DNA of 64,000 bases from Mytilus trossulus. Its lineage: Eukaryota. The notes beneath the pieces were generated by a model. The model did not search any database and was not told the DNA's origin. It saw only the letters and a list, made by a program, of their open reading frames with translations. Of the stretch, positions 26,001 to 40,365 are shown one piece after another. Location: assembly GCF_036588685.1 (NCBI RefSeq), contig NC_086385.1, forward strand, positions 50,305,216 through 50,369,215, given 5' to 3'. Position numbers and translations under genes: made by a program. Every line of letters begins with the position of its first letter. The first letter of the stretch is position 1.

Positions 26001-29000
26001 AAATAACATAAAAGTTAAGGATTACAAAAATGAAAAGTGCCCCTCTAGACCCACATATACCCCGTAACAAAAGACACGGTTTAATATTATGTAATGCTTG
26101 CAAAGCAACATCAAGGAAAACAATTGATTCGTAAGTTGAACTAAAAGCCATCTTGTTCTATTAGTGCAACATATATACTATCTACAAAGAATGTAGTATT
26201 ACTCAAAGGAACATATCCCTTTGCTCAGGTGTACTTTGCACAACGAGGTTAAGTTGCCTTACTATTAGCGAGGATCTTTTATGTAATATATTACCTTTGT
26301 CTTGTAATTAGAAGCAGACGACGTGGATTTGATATGCTGAAGCTGTGCCATTTAGGAAGATTGGTCTAATGCACATCCGGGTTAGAGGAAAGTTTTTTTC
26401 GCATAATTGCATAAAGTCTTCCGTCATGTACTTATTAGTCAATTACATTTTTTGGAAGAAACCGAGATATTATTGAATGCTAACTCTATGCAATATGTTC
26501 ATTATCAAAAAATGTATAGTTTCTATTCAAAGTGATTACAAAAACACATATTAATGATTGTTTTTCATAAAATGTCTTATACTCTGAAATTAAATAATTC
26601 TTCATGGTACTCCTCTTATTTTTTAATATTATTATTTATTAGCCTCAAGTTACATTCCTCAATTTAACCAGAGATTTGATAAATGCATTATGATTATAAA
26701 TCATATAACATGTATAATTGTGTTATATACTGGTGTTGCAAAACTGTAGGCAGACAAAGCGGACATTTTATAGGTTTACTTTCTGTGGATACTTATTATG
26801 TTTGCAAACTTTTATTTACTGGCATTCAAAACATTTGGTGTATTCAATTATTTGTAAAAAACGAAAGTCACGTGCGTGTGCTCTGAAACGGATCATATGT
26901 ATATTATGTGTATAATATAATGAGAAAGAAAGAAAGAGAGAGAGAGAGATGGAAAGGAAATTTTTAATCAAGACAAATGTTCAAAGAGATAATGTTTCAG
27001 AGGTTTTTTTCCAATTTTGCCTGTTTTTTTCCCCTAATATTTGTACTTGTCTCTAGATCATACTTAATGATTTGTAAAAATATTCGTTTGGGAACAACTT
27101 TAACAAATCAAAGATGATATAGAAGTCGTAGGAGTAATAAATAGACCTCAAGCCGTAGAAAAATAACGAAGGAAAGAAGTACAGCACAAGCTTGAGTTGC
27201 ACAAACAAAACAGAAAACCAGGATATGTGCGCTTTGGAGGATTAGGAAATTCCTTCTTCACTTGTAAAGCTTATCATGTAAAAAATCGAAACACGGTCAA
27301 CACAATGACTAAAAAAAACCCTTCAACGAATAGACAAACACAGAGTACAAATGCCATACGAACCTGTAAATAGCAGAACACAGTCTAAAAACACCACATT
27401 GAGCAACATAGACACAACAACAATCCAAGATGAACTTGTGCGGGTAGGTAAAGAGTTCATTATTAGCTTGAAGAACTCTTCGTGTTAGAATCGACACAAA
27501 GTCACAATGGCTAATCGAAAAGCAAGGAATAGATAAACAGTGGGAAAATATAAGAGAGGGCAACACGTGATCCAGGTGAGCTTATGCGCTCTTAAAAGGG
27601 ACGCAGTTCATTCTTCGTTAGTAGAGCTAATCGAGTAAAAATCGACACAGTCATCATAATGACTAAAAATATGAAAAGGAGATAGAAAAATCAGATTGAG
27701 CAGCAATAACCCATGTCGGGATAAAACCAGTTGTTCATAAACGGTAAGTAGTTCCTTGTCAGTAAGTAGACCTCAGTGTGTACAAGTCAAGTTGCTCAAA
27801 GTATATTTCGTGAAATGTACTTTTAAAACCTGCATACAATTCTTCAAATATATTTACAATTTCAATTTTATTCAAATAAATTAAAATTGTAATAAACATT
27901 TTGAATTTGAGAGTAAAAGTTAAAAACAAAACGTTGACAGAATTGTCCAGTGAGATGTAAGCAGTAACATTTCATGCGAAATTATTTATAATGCGTCATG
28001 TAGTTAGTTGGCGAAATCTTTATCAAATTTCTTCCATCATTACACCTATCTGTCATAGTCGCTAATATGTTATTCATATATCTATATCAATTATTAATTT
28101 TTAAAGCATATCGTTTGCACGACGTAGACGAACAATTCGAAAAAAGAGTTGATTAATTATTAGTGGGTTAACGAAGCTTATAATTCTATAAATATTGAGT
28201 TGCTTTCATACATCATTGATTGTTTTCGTACAAGATTAAAACATATGGCGAAATCATATGACTTGTCGTTCAGCCAATTAAAAATCAGCACTTGTAGAAA
28301 TTAAGATATCTACTGTATTGAACATTTTGATACAAAAAAAACAACAAAAAAAAAACCCACTTGTACTGATGAATTATCTAAAAAAAAGATTCTCATTTAC
28401 CATGTTGAGGGCATGAATCATATCATTATGTAAATCACATATTTTATTAGCCTGCTCCAAGTCGATTATCTGAAAGTCAAAAATGTATAGCAATCAAAAA
28501 AATTGAGGAACAATATGAAAATTACAGAAAAACAAAACAAAATGAATCTACAGAATCACAGAATGTAGACTTTCAGTGTATTTCTGCTGTGAATGAACCA
28601 ATTTTTCATATCCTTTGATTTTCTAGTATATGCTTATACGAAATTATAAATCTATATTTTTTTCTCCAGGTAATTGTCAACCACTGATGACACCTTTATT
28701 GTAATCAAAATGTAACAGTATATAACATTTAATTATTAACCTCATCTTTCAAACCTAACTGATTGATCTTCAGCAAATTAACAACAGTATGTAAGTAGTC
28801 CACAAGAAACATATCTACCGGGTTTTTTTTTAAATAGCTTCAATTGCTTTAATCATTCTCAGGAAGAATCTATTTTTTTTTCTAAATTCGAGACCTTCAT
28901 TGTAAAACTTAATCGTAGTCCATTGAAAGGCAAAAAGTAACAATTGATTCAGTTATTTTCAGGAAAATTTTAATTATAATATTCAATCGATTCCAATACA

Positions 29001-29299
29001 AAAAAGTAAAATCACAAAGATACCGAACTCCGAGGAAAATTCAAACTGGCAAATATCTTATCAATTAGCAAAATCAAACGCTCAAACACATCCCACGAAT
29101 TGACAACAACTGTCATAATCCTGATTTCTAACAGGCACTTTGTATCTACAAAATGGTGGATTAACCCTGGTTTTATTGCTAGATAAACCTCTCACTTGTA
29201 TGACATAAAATTTATTTATATTGACAACGATGTCTGAACAAAACTATCTTATTTGCTTATTCTCAAAAAGATTATTATTCTAAAATTTCTACTGTAAAA

Positions 29300-30312
29300 G
29301 TTGACCGAAAGATACCAGAGAGATATTCAAACTCATAAATTAAAAATAAAATGACAACACCATGACTAAAAAAAGGAAGACACAAAGACAAACAAAAGTA
29401 CACAAAACACAACATAGAAAAATAAATACTAAACAACCCAAACCCTACGGAAACCTGGGGTGACCTCAGGTGCTCAGGAATGTTAAGCAGATCCTGCTTC
29501 ACATATGGCACCCATCGTGTTTCTCATGAAAGAACAAATGCTGCAATAAATACAATTCGGTGGGTTACATTCGTGAAAGGAGAACGAGATTATAGTAACG
29601 ACAAAAGGAACATATCCGCTATCATCTCTGAAATAGATATTCCATAACGGTCAACCAGATCGTATTGGCGTCCGTAAAATTTACGAAGGGATGATTTCAT
29701 CTTCACCATTTGGAACTCTTGGTTGAATTGCTTCCATGTGAGAAAAACCACTCTTTTAATGAATCATGATAGGAAATACAAGTCCTAGAATATCGTAACA
29801 TTTTGGAAATTAATACCCCGTAAGCCGGCCCGGGAATGTTGCTATATAGAAATGGAAAGTTCACAATTGGGAAGCTCAAATCATCTCTTTTGTCGAAAGT
29901 TTTGTTTCAACCGACCCTCATTGTCAATTTCTACAATTAAGTCAAGATATAAGAAAGAATCAATCATATCTGTTAAATCCTTTGTCTCTAGTTGGATGGA
30001 ATGTGTTCAACATAGTTCACAAATTTAGAATTATTCAACGAGAGAACAGTATATATATAGCGGAGAATATAATTAAAGGATACTGCTTATATATTTTCTT
30101 TCTTCTTCTGTATGAAGTCAGAATCATGGGAATAAAAGAAGTGGGAACATATAGTTCCAATTGGAATAGCGATAGTTTGATTTAACAAATGTCCTCCAAA
30201 TGTGACGAATATCTTGTCAATAAAGAAATCAAGCATCTTGATGATGTCTGTTTCATAGATTTCTTTTTTATTTGAGTGGTTTTTAACAAAGAAGGATTTG
30301 TAATCATCTACC
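29300..30312 (-). pseudogene. Degenerate Penelope-like element: RT remnant plus 3' repeat
   Basis: Minus-strand remnants IIKMLDFFIDKIFVTFGG..QTIAIPIGT (PLE RT GIPMGT-like) and EIDNEGRLK..DKRDD..FPIVNFPFL.SNIP..AYGV..S..LRYSR.C, with frameshifts; 3' part matches repeats at 41093-41452 and 41529-41682. Confidence 0.8.
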
Positions 30313-31829
30313 ATTGTCGGTCATTCAATTATAATATAGCCGTTATTCAGTCTGTAAGCCGTTGTTATAACCCCAAAAAATTAAAAACAACGGACCCGAC
30401 AACGATAATAGAAATCATAGAAACTCAGCAAGACTTAACAACATGGATTCAGATAGTCTGACCTGATCAACTTGTAAACAAGTCTTTGGTGTAACAAATC
30501 TATATCATAACTAATTGTACTACTATAACTAAAAGGAAACTGAGAACCTTCTACTACACTTACTAACAATTGTAATATTATATTTGTGTTTTGTTGTAGA
30601 TGAAATCAACTTTAAAAATCACGAAGCAATAGAAACGTACGTGACAATCCACAGTTGATTGAAAGGTTTAAAGATATATTTAATAAGCACTTGTCGATGA
30701 AACAGAGCATCTCATGCCATGGACGTGACTGGTTAGTTCTAACGATAAATTACGAAACATTAAAAAACGAAAGGATAATATTACAGTATTAATGGTTAAT
30801 GTGTCGTGTTGCATTTAGGGTTTAAAAGTATTTGCTAATCAACATATAGGAGGTAATTATACAATTACTGTTATGCGGTTATCTATGGTCCCTTTGTATA
30901 TACAATATTGAAAGAAAAATGAATGCATGTGGTGTTTTTGTCGGGTCGAGTCATCTTTTAACTTTAATATTTTGAACTTATCATTCGAAGGGTCATTGCA
31001 GAAGATTTTTTTTTATTATTATGCTGATTTTATTTTGAGCTCACAGAGTGACGTGTTTGCAAGTACATTTAAAATTGACCAAGGAGTCTAGCTGAACATA
31101 TTATAGACTGTTCCTCTGGTATCTTTTTCCCCTCTTTTCTTGTATGTCAGGAGGGAAAATGATATGGATATCGAACTATATGGACAATGGTAACGAGACG
31201 GGTACATGGACCAACATGAATAGCGAAAACAGAAAGCACTCAGAGAAAGCTTGAAAAACTATGATAACTTAAATTAAAACTGCAACTAGCAGCAGGTGCT
31301 CTTAAAAACAAATAACAGAAAAAAAATTGATTAACTAGTCGCCAGTCGAGTATTCTTAAAACTTTTTCTTGATGACACTATCATCTTGGCTAAGCTATTT
31401 ATGTGACATTAATTGTTTTCCCTTACGTAGGTATTAGTAGAGGACATAAGCTCCAGAAAATCCAAGCAACTAATATTCGTTTGTCTTTACTTATAAAACT
31501 ATTGTGTATAGAATTTATTCCAGATTCCTATGTTTCCTTACATTTCAGACCGTATAAGTTTTTTTATGTTCCGCCATGCAATTAGATCACAGTTCCAGTT
31601 CCAGATAAGAAAAATTGTCGGAAAATATACATGTATGCAGGTAACACTATAAAATGATAACAATTACAAAAATAAGTTATCCGTATAAAGAAGAAAAAAG
31701 AGTTTCCTCCATAATTTGTCATGTGGTTTGACGATCAGATGCTTGTAGGGATTAAAATAGTTCCCTTCGTTTTCTATCGTGTCAACTGTCGATTACATAC
31801 TTTATTATCTTGCAATATTTCTCTCCAGT

Positions 31830-32760
31830 ATTTGATTTGTCATTTGATTTGTCGATCAGATTCTGGGAAAGCCGAAATCATTCCCTCCTTTATTTCTCAT
31901 GTGATTTCAATTCACGATCAGATTTTTTGAGGGCTTGGAATAATTTTCTCATTTTCTTGTCATTTGATTTGTCGATCAGATTCTTGGAAAGCCCGAAATC
32001 ATTCCCTCTATTAATTGACATGTGATTTCTATATCAGATTCTTAGAGAGCTTGAAGTTATTCGCTCCATTTTCTTGTCATTTGATATGTCGATCAGATTC
32101 TTGGAGAGCTTGATATCATTCCCTCCCTTATTTGTCATGTGATTTGTCGATCAGACACTTGGAGAGCTTGAAATCATTCCCTGTATTATTTGTCATGTGA
32201 TTTGTCGGTCAGACTCTTGGAGAGCTTGACACCATTCCCTCTATTATTTGTCATGTGATTTGTCTATCAGATTCCTGGAGGGCTTGAAATCATTCTCTCC
32301 TTTATTTGTCATGTGATTTGTCGATCTGATTCTTGGAGAGCTCGAAATCATTCCCTCTATTAATTGTCATGTGATTTGTCGATCAGATTCTTGGAGAGCT
32401 TGAAACCATTCCCGTCTATTTTTTGTCATGTGATTTGTCGATCAGATTCTCGGAGAGCTTGAAATCATTCCCTCCATTATTTGTCATGTGATTTGTCTAT
32501 CAGATTATTGAAGAGCTTAAAATCATTCCCTCTATTATTTGTCATGTGATTTGTCGATCAGATTCTTGGATGGAGAGTTTGAAATCATTCCCTCTATTAT
32601 TTGTCATGTGATTTGTCGATCAGATTCTTGGAGAGCTTGAAATCATTCCCTCCATTATTTGTCTAGTGATTTCTATATCAAATTCTTGTCATTGATTTGT
32701 AGAAAAGATTCTTGGAGGGTTTGAAATCATTCTTTTATTTATAATTTGATTTGTTGATTA
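31830..32760. repeat. 58-bp tandem satellite, ~15 copies
   Basis: Unit TTTGTCATGTGATTTGTCGATCAGATTCTTGGAGAGCTTGAAATCATTCCCTCTATTA, e.g. starts at 32131, 32189 and 32247; no unique spacers. Confidence 0.92.
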
Positions 32761-33569
32761 GATTGTTTATTTATTATTGGAGGGATTAAAATCTTTCCCT
32801 TTATTATTTGTTATGTGGTTAGTTGACCATTGTATTATCTGTCCTATCTTTCACGTATGAGTTTTGCTGCGCCTGAATATTTTATATTTCTGGTTTTCTA
32901 TGTGAAATTTGGTGGATGGTTGTCTGTATAATTCTATCAATACCTCATGTTATCTTGTTTGCAATGTAATATAACCATATTCATTTGTATGTTTTCATCC
33001 CGGGAGTACTTAAATTTAATTCCCTTTTTCTAATATACTTTTATCATAGTGCATAAGAGTCAAACACACCGACGTTTACATCATTATTAAACTTTACCAT
33101 TTTCCAGAAAAGTGAATTTGAAAGCAAAGACCACATAGAACTCCCTGATTTCATTTTAAATATATCCAATTTCGACTATCAGATTATATATAATGGTTAA
33201 ATAGCGTCAAATCAACTTTATAGGGTAACTTGACCTAGGTACACTAAAATAAGATCATATTTCCTATTATAATTCTCTATCAAATTTTAAATGATTGCTA
33301 CTGCGGTTACACCATTAAGTTATAAAGATAACAAAGTAAGCTAGTATCTAGTTCTTTTTGCTCATTGGTTATATATAATCACTCACTTATTGGACAGCTA
33401 TATTTTAGGATCTTTGTTAGTGGTCGTTTGTTCTGTATTCTTTAATATGATTTATGTCCTTTTTCTCTATTCTTTACTTTTACTTATGTTTGTATTTTAT
33501 TCCCTAGCTTATGTTTATATTGTTTTTCCATTAATCTCTAATCTTTATATTTCAGTACACCATTATATG

Positions 33570-33881
33570 AACTCATCATAGATACCAGGACTAAATTTAG
33601 TATATACGACAGACGCGCGTTTCGTCTACAAAAGACTCATCAATGACGCTCGAATCAAAAAAAGTTAAATAGGCCAAATAAAGTACGAAGTTGAAGAGCA
33701 TTGAGAACCAAACTTCATAAGAGTTTTGCCAGATACAGCTAAGGCGATCTATGCCTGAGGTAGAAAAGCCTTAGTATTTCAAAAAAATGAAAAATTTGTA
33801 AACAGTAAATTTATAAATATAACCATATCAATGACAATTTATGTCAGCACAAAAGCGCTGACTACTGGGCTTGTAATACCC
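33570..33881 (-). mobile_element. Retrozyme-like repeat with mutated hammerhead (33606-33649)
   Basis: Minus gcgtca-TTGATGA-gtct(tttgt)agac-GAAA-cgcgcg-TC-tgtcgt; core C changed to U; related fragments at 9090-9205, 13638-13725 and 24947-25040. Confidence 0.75.
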
Positions 33882-34689
33882 TGTGATATTATGTTTCCCC
33901 TATTTGTTTTCTTCTCTTTTTTTTTCTGGCCAAATATTATGTAGTTATGGTCAATTGTTATGCTGTGCTTAAAAAAACCCATCAGACCCGCCTTAATGTA
34001 GTTGCTCCTCTAAAAACAGACACATCAAAGACGAAAAAAAATAATAGACTGTTTGATTTATTCTTATGCGATCAAATACGTTTTCTATATAATTATAACT
34101 TTGCCACTCTAAAGACTATCTGATTCAGAAACTGACTTTCTTGGTTATACATCGACATATTATTTCGATAAAATATGAGGGTCTTGGTAAGGGTCTTCAT
34201 TCCTGTATTATTCTTTAATTATGCATTTCATTTTACACTCTTACTTAATAAAATCTTGTCTTTTATTCTCTTTTCTTCATGTTTCGTTCTCTTTTTGTCT
34301 TGTATTATTTTTTTGTGTATTTTCTCTTTTCTTCAAATAATTTTGTTCATTATAGTACGTTTTTGAAAGGTCATTTACACATTGTTCTCTTTTCTATTAA
34401 CTCCATCCAGACCCTCAAATATTGCTTCGATTAAAGGGTTGTTTTTGATCTTCTGGTATATTTTCTATTCAATTGAGTTAACATAACAACAAAGGACTAT
34501 GTCAAACTCAACGTGATATGACCTAAATAAAGCAATTAATATTTTATTTGAATACCTTTTTTGAAAATGATTTAAAGATGTTTTTCCAATTTCTTTAATT
34601 TTCAAACTTTTAATATATTTATTTTCCAAAACTGTTTCTTAACTTGGCAATTTTTACATGAAATCAATTATTATATATAAATCATTGCA

Positions 34690-34912
34690 TCTACAAGCTA
34701 TATTTCCCCAACTTATTCGGTATTTAAGAGCATGCAACAACTACTCAGACTTTGTGAAACGTCACCAGTGTCTGGGTAGAAAGTGTATGACCCTGGAGTA
34801 TGTCAAAGAACGTCTTGTCATTTTTCTAAAAAAAAGTTCAATAGAAGGTACCAAGACTTTGTTGATAAATATTCTGTATCAAGTTTTCATATAATATATA
34901 CATGATGGTCTA
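34690..34912 (+). pseudogene. Penelope-like RT C-terminal (thumb) fragment
   Basis: IFPQLIRYLRACNNYSDFVKRHQCLGRK...YVKERL resembles the PLE YISQLIRYSRAC..Y.DF motif. Confidence 0.65.
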
Positions 34913-35504
34913 TTATATCATATTATTATAGTGCTATGATAACTTTAGTATTTTTGTTTTTCACTTTTGCTTATATGCTTTGTTTATATACCTTTTTGTG
35001 TTTCGTTGATGCATATGACGTGGCTGTGTTTTTATTCATTGTTTAATTGTGCCATAGTAAATTTTTGTTTACATACCTGGTTTTTTTTTATAGTGATTCA
35101 TGTAATAACACAATGATGATTGCTGTATCCCTATTGTTGACATTTTACCTATTATGCCCGTTTGTTATGTTTACACATCGTTATCATATAATGGAATTCT
35201 ATGCTATTGTCATACAGGTGATATGTTTATCTAGCTATAAAACCAGGATTTTTAAAACCCAGGTTAAATCCACATTTTCAACAAAAAAAATGTAAGTACC
35301 AAGTCAGGAACAGTTTTTGTCCATTCTTTTGATGTGTTTGAGTCTTTGATTTTGCCGCTTGGTAAAGGACCTTTCGCTTTGAATTTTTATCGGAGTATAG
35401 TTTTATTATATGTGATTTTACCTTTCATTTATAACATTAATATCCCTACAAGACTACTTAAAGTATGCAACTGTCGTCATTTCATTATATGTTGTCCATG
35501 CAAG

Positions 35505-36672
35505 ATTAATATCTTCACTAGACTATCTTCACTTGGTCACTGTTGTCACTTTATTCAACGTTGAACACGTGAATTTACGAGCTTCACTATGAAAAAGAAG
35601 AGATGGCTTGACCGCCAATGAGACAACTGTCCACAAGAGACCAAAATGGCACATACATAAACAACTATAGTTCACCCTATGGTCTTCAACAAAAGCCCAT
35701 ACCGCATAGTCAGCTATAAAAGGCCCTGATATGACAATGTAAAACAATTTAACATAAGAAACTAACGGCCTTATCTATATGAAATAATTGGCTTTTTGAA
35801 TTAGGCCACTGTGGTTAATTATTATATGCTGAGCATTTGAGGTAAATATCTTAAATATTTAAATTAGGCTACTGTTATCACATCATTTCATGTTGAGCAT
35901 GTGAGATTAGTATCTTCTCATTTAAACTAGGACATTGTTATAACTCTATTCTATGTTGAGCATGTGATAATAATATCTTCACTTGACATTATAAGCTAGG
36001 CTACTATTGTCGCTTTATTTAATGCTGAGCATGCAGATACATATATTCACTAGACTATTTAAACTAGGCCACTGTTGTCACTACATTCTATGTTGAGCAT
36101 GTGATAATAATATCTTTACTCGACTATTTAAAATAGGTTTCTGTTGTCACTACATTCTATGTTGAGCATGTGATAATATAGGGTTATTGCATGAATATTG
36201 GGGAATATTGTCCCGAGTAGAAATTTATATTGCACGAGCTTGCGAGTGCAATATATGTTCTAGGAAAGACAATATTCCCCCATATTCATGCAATAAACCT
36301 TTTATTGTATAGCAATATAATATTTGAAAGTAAAAAGTGGTTTAAACTAGGATTTTGTCTTTGATGACGTAATGAAATTTGAAGACTTATTGCACTAGTG
36401 CAATAATAGAATTTATTGCACGCTAACTTTTGGTTACTTTCTGTAGGATATATTATATTGCTATACAATAATAATATTTTCAATAGACTATTTAAACTAG
36501 GTTTCTGTTGTCACTTTATTCTATTTGAACATGTGAGATTAATATATTCACTAGACTATTTAAACTAGGTTACTATTGTCACTTTATGCTATGATGAACA
36601 TGTGATAATACATTCTTCACTTGACTTTTTAAACTAGACTATTGTTGTCAATTCATTCTATGTTCACTAGAT
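35505..36672. repeat. Degenerate ~65-bp tandem array interrupted by a SINE-like copy (35600-35780) and a hairpin element (36177-36470)
   Basis: Unit ~CACTAGACTATTTAAACTAGGCCACTGTTGTCACT..ATTCTATGTTGAGCATGTGATAATA repeated on both sides of the insertions. Confidence 0.8.
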
Positions 36673-36749
36673 TATCGGTGATTAATTGTCGGACAACACA
36701 GCTCTCTTTTGGCTATTTACAAATAAAACGTTCAAAGTATAACACACTT

Positions 36750-37355
36750 AAAATTATGTACAACTGGTATTGCCTTCTTGCTTTCAGTGCATGATTTAGG
36801 GCAGTTCTAAATCCCTTAACTGTATTGGCTAATGAAACTGGTGTTGGTAAGTTGTTCCAATCCCTGATGGTCCTCGGAGAGAAAAATTGGTCGTAGGCAT
36901 CTGTACATGTTCTCTCTTGGTAGAAGCTGTTTTTAAATAATGATGATGATCTTTGTCTATAAGCTCATTCTGGATCGTGAATGGCATGCATAGTCTGTTT
37001 GTTTTCTTCCGTTCTTCGAGGCAAATTTATAGTTTTTACCATATTTCTGACACAGCCAAGTGTTTTTATTTTTGTCCATGCGGTTCATTATGTTGCTCTG
37101 CACAATATGTTCTAAGACCTAAGATGTAATGGAAGTTAGAGATACTGGTCTGTAATTAGATGCTAAGTGCCTTTCATCTTTTTTGAAATGGGGAACTACA
37201 TGGGCATATCTTCAATCTTACGGGACTTCGCCAGTGTTCAATGATGCTTGGTATGTTCTGTCAGTATATGTGCAAGTTTTTCTGCTGCTGCTTTAAGTAT
37301 AAAGGAAAGTATTGAGTGGGGACCTGTAGTTTTATGAGTTTTGAGGTTTAAGACA
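36750..37355 (-). pseudogene. Internally deleted CR1/L2-group LINE RT remnant
   Basis: Minus strand ...ASLNTGEVP*D*RYAHVVPHFKKDERHLASNYRPVSLTSITS*VLEHIV and C-terminal FFSPRTIRDWNNLP, with stops. Confidence 0.85.
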
Positions 37356-39555
37356 TTCTTTAATGAGATTTGTTTCAAATTACAGGTAATAACATTTCAT
37401 AATTTCCTAGTAGACTCAGTGTTGGTTAAAACTATAAGAAATCGTTAGTTAGATAATAAAAATAGAAAAATCACCAAATCTGTGAAATAAAAGGCTGAAT
37501 CGCGATGTAACGAATTAAACAAAGTCATGCATGCTGTAAAACAAATCAATATTCAGGTCGATCGATTGTTTGTTAAAAAAAGTCACCTGTATAAAACACT
37601 GTGATTGCACTTAAATGGCACTCAATTGCCTTGTTAAAAATATGCTTTTAGTACACGATTTTCATCTTAATTGTTTTGTTTTTCTCCAACTATTATCATA
37701 TTATCAAGATATATCCGTTGCCTTGACACTGTTCTTTGCAGAATTTTAATGATTTATTTCATAGACTCTAAAGAGTTAAATGTTATCATTATGTCGCGTG
37801 TAATTAACTAATCAGAAACCTCATTTATTCTGCTTAATTGCATTTTAATTCAGTGTAACCTGGTTGAAACCCTGATAGAAAAGATATGGTAACTGATTCT
37901 TGGATTGAACTAAACGATTAGAGAAACAAGAGAATGCCTTTTACTTTAAGGTATCTCCCATCTGGCCAATATAATAACATAATTTACCCTTTGACCACGA
38001 TTTTTTTCGAACAAATGTTGCGTTGTACGCGGTTTATGCTGAGAATTTCAGGAAATCTTGACACACTACATTTTCATGTTCTGTAACAGTTCCGAATGAT
38101 GTTTTCTAAACATAACTGACTGGGGCATTATGTTTTTCGGTCTGTGTATATCGTTCGGTCATTAATCCATCCGTTTGTTCGTTCGACCGTCCATCTGTCT
38201 CGCTTCGGATTACAGTTTTTTGTCACGGTTTTTTTGGTGAAGTTGACGTCCAATTAACATGAACTGACTTGGTATACATGTTCCATTTGCTTTGATTTTA
38301 CTTATTTTAATGCCAAATTATAGTTTTTTCGCCAATTTCGCGGTCCACTGAACATAGCAAATGATAGTGCGAGTGGGGACACATTCTTGTTTTTCTTGAG
38401 ACACTGCAAAACATGTAAACTATGACAAGTTAACAATTTTTAATAAATGTGTTTTGTCATTTGATTTTGCCATGTGATTAGAGACTTTCTGATTTAATTT
38501 TCCTCTTTTCAGTATTTTTGTGATTTTACTTTTCACAACGTTTTGGCGTTATATTTAGATTCGGAAACTATGAATTCATGACATGGGAACACATTTATTT
38601 CAGAATACTTTACCAAAAGATTGATACGGAACAAAAAGATCCATGCATTAATCTTAATATCAAAATTTCCTCTTACAAAGGGCATAGAAAGGGACAATTG
38701 CCTTATTCAGTCGTATTCTTGTAACAAAACTTTTTTGTAAAAATACTGCATTACAGTAATTTGAGTGAGGGGATCTTTTGGAAGAGTCATTATCTATTTG
38801 ATTAATGTTGCCACGTTACATCTGTATAAACGTATGCTAAGAAATACTTCTATTATAAATAAGAAAGTTTAGTTTTCGTAGTTACTTGCCATTAATTTAC
38901 TAAGTACCAACATGAAAGGCCGTAAGACGAACATGAAAGGCCGTAAGACGATGATGTTAACAAAATTAAAGATGTACGAATAACAGACACCATAAAAAGT
39001 AGCTATATATATAGTATACGAAATTCAGGTATTGATGACAGATTGGTCTAGAAAAAAAATGACGGACAACGTTCTTGTCTTACACTGTTTTTTTGTTGTA
39101 AAATTTGTCATATTTTTTTTAATGTGGTTAGATGCTTTGAAACCAGTATTAATTATGTATTAGCTTATTGTAGGGAGGATGAACCAGTTTTGTATTATCG
39201 CACTAGTCCCTGGTTGTAATTTTCATTTAAAAAAATAAAACTACAAATCGACTTAGCTGTAACAAACAGCAATGAGGGTCTGAGTTTATTTACAATTATA
39301 AGTGTATATCAGTGTGGTTAATCTTAATATTTTGTATTCAGAATTACTTTTCGGTAACCTATCTAAAAGGAATCACACGCAGTATTGTCATACTATTTTG
39401 TAGAGAAAAGGTGCAAATCAAATCCTTCTAATTCATTGGTGAAAATAGCGATTATACTTTTGATTTGTCAAATATAATGAATGAAACTTGATGCATTTAT
39501 CTGTACGGCAAATTGCGAAAATATTAAAATTACGGAAGACTGGCAAATGTGTTTT

Positions 39556-39932
39556 TTATAATCCTGGTACCTTTGATAACACCACTGGGCCGATGTGCGG
39601 CACTGCTGGAGGACGTTTTGTCTCCGAGGGTATCACCAGCCCAGTAGTCAATGCTTCGATGTTGACATGAATATCAATGATGTGGTAATTTGTATATATT
39701 TCCTGTTTATAAAACTGAATTTGTCGAAAAAAAATAAGAATGTTCTTATCCCAGGCACAGATTACCTTAGCCTTATTTGGCACAATGTTTTGGAATTTTG
39801 GATCCTCAATGCTCTTCAACTTTATACTTGTTTGGCTTTATAAATATTTTGATATGAGCGTCACTGATGAGTCTTATGAAGACGAAACGCGCGTCTGACG
39901 TACTAAATTATAATCCTTGTACCTTTGATAAC
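39556..39932 (+). mobile_element. Unit-length (352-nt) retrozyme-like element with ~25-nt terminal redundancy
   Basis: TTATAATCCTGGTACCTTTGATAAC at 39556 repeats with one mismatch at 39908; contains an intact HHR. Confidence 0.85.
39858..39901 (+). ncRNA. Minimal type I hammerhead ribozyme (intact)
   Basis: Stem I gcgtca/tgacgt, CTGATGA 39864-39870, stem II gtctt/aagac, GAAA 39884-39887, palindromic cgcgcg stem III, GUC triplet; predicted cut after 39895. Confidence 0.9.
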
Positions 39933-40365
39933 TATTGTGTTTACTCTTTACCTGTTTGTTCTATTATTTAATTATACTGTAACACGTGACAACCTGCTAG
40001 GTAAACGAAGACTATCAGAATCCAAATACAAATCTTAGAAAAAATAAAATCGAATTAACGTCATTTTGATTATAGCTTTTCCCTGATAGCAATGACTTGC
40101 CATTATTCAAGATCATTTACATTGCTATATATCTAATTACACTTGATTTTTTCTAATAAAAATACATTTGTAAAAGGCGAGCTTGTTCAAAGTTCAAACT
40201 AAAGTTCTATTAAAATGACAAACAGATGCATGAAACAGTCTGGATAGAGGCTAACAGACAAGAGAATAATATGGACAAAACAAAAAGATTAAATAGAAGA
40301 ATACAGAAAAGCCGGATGAGCATAAAGAATAGAGAATAAATTATCAAAATTATAAAGAATTTAAG

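Noticed and set aside
31830-32760. 58-bp array (and the 30-, 55-, 65- and 161-bp arrays) as CRISPR
   Set aside because: Head-to-tail units with no unique spacers, no cas genes, eukaryotic context
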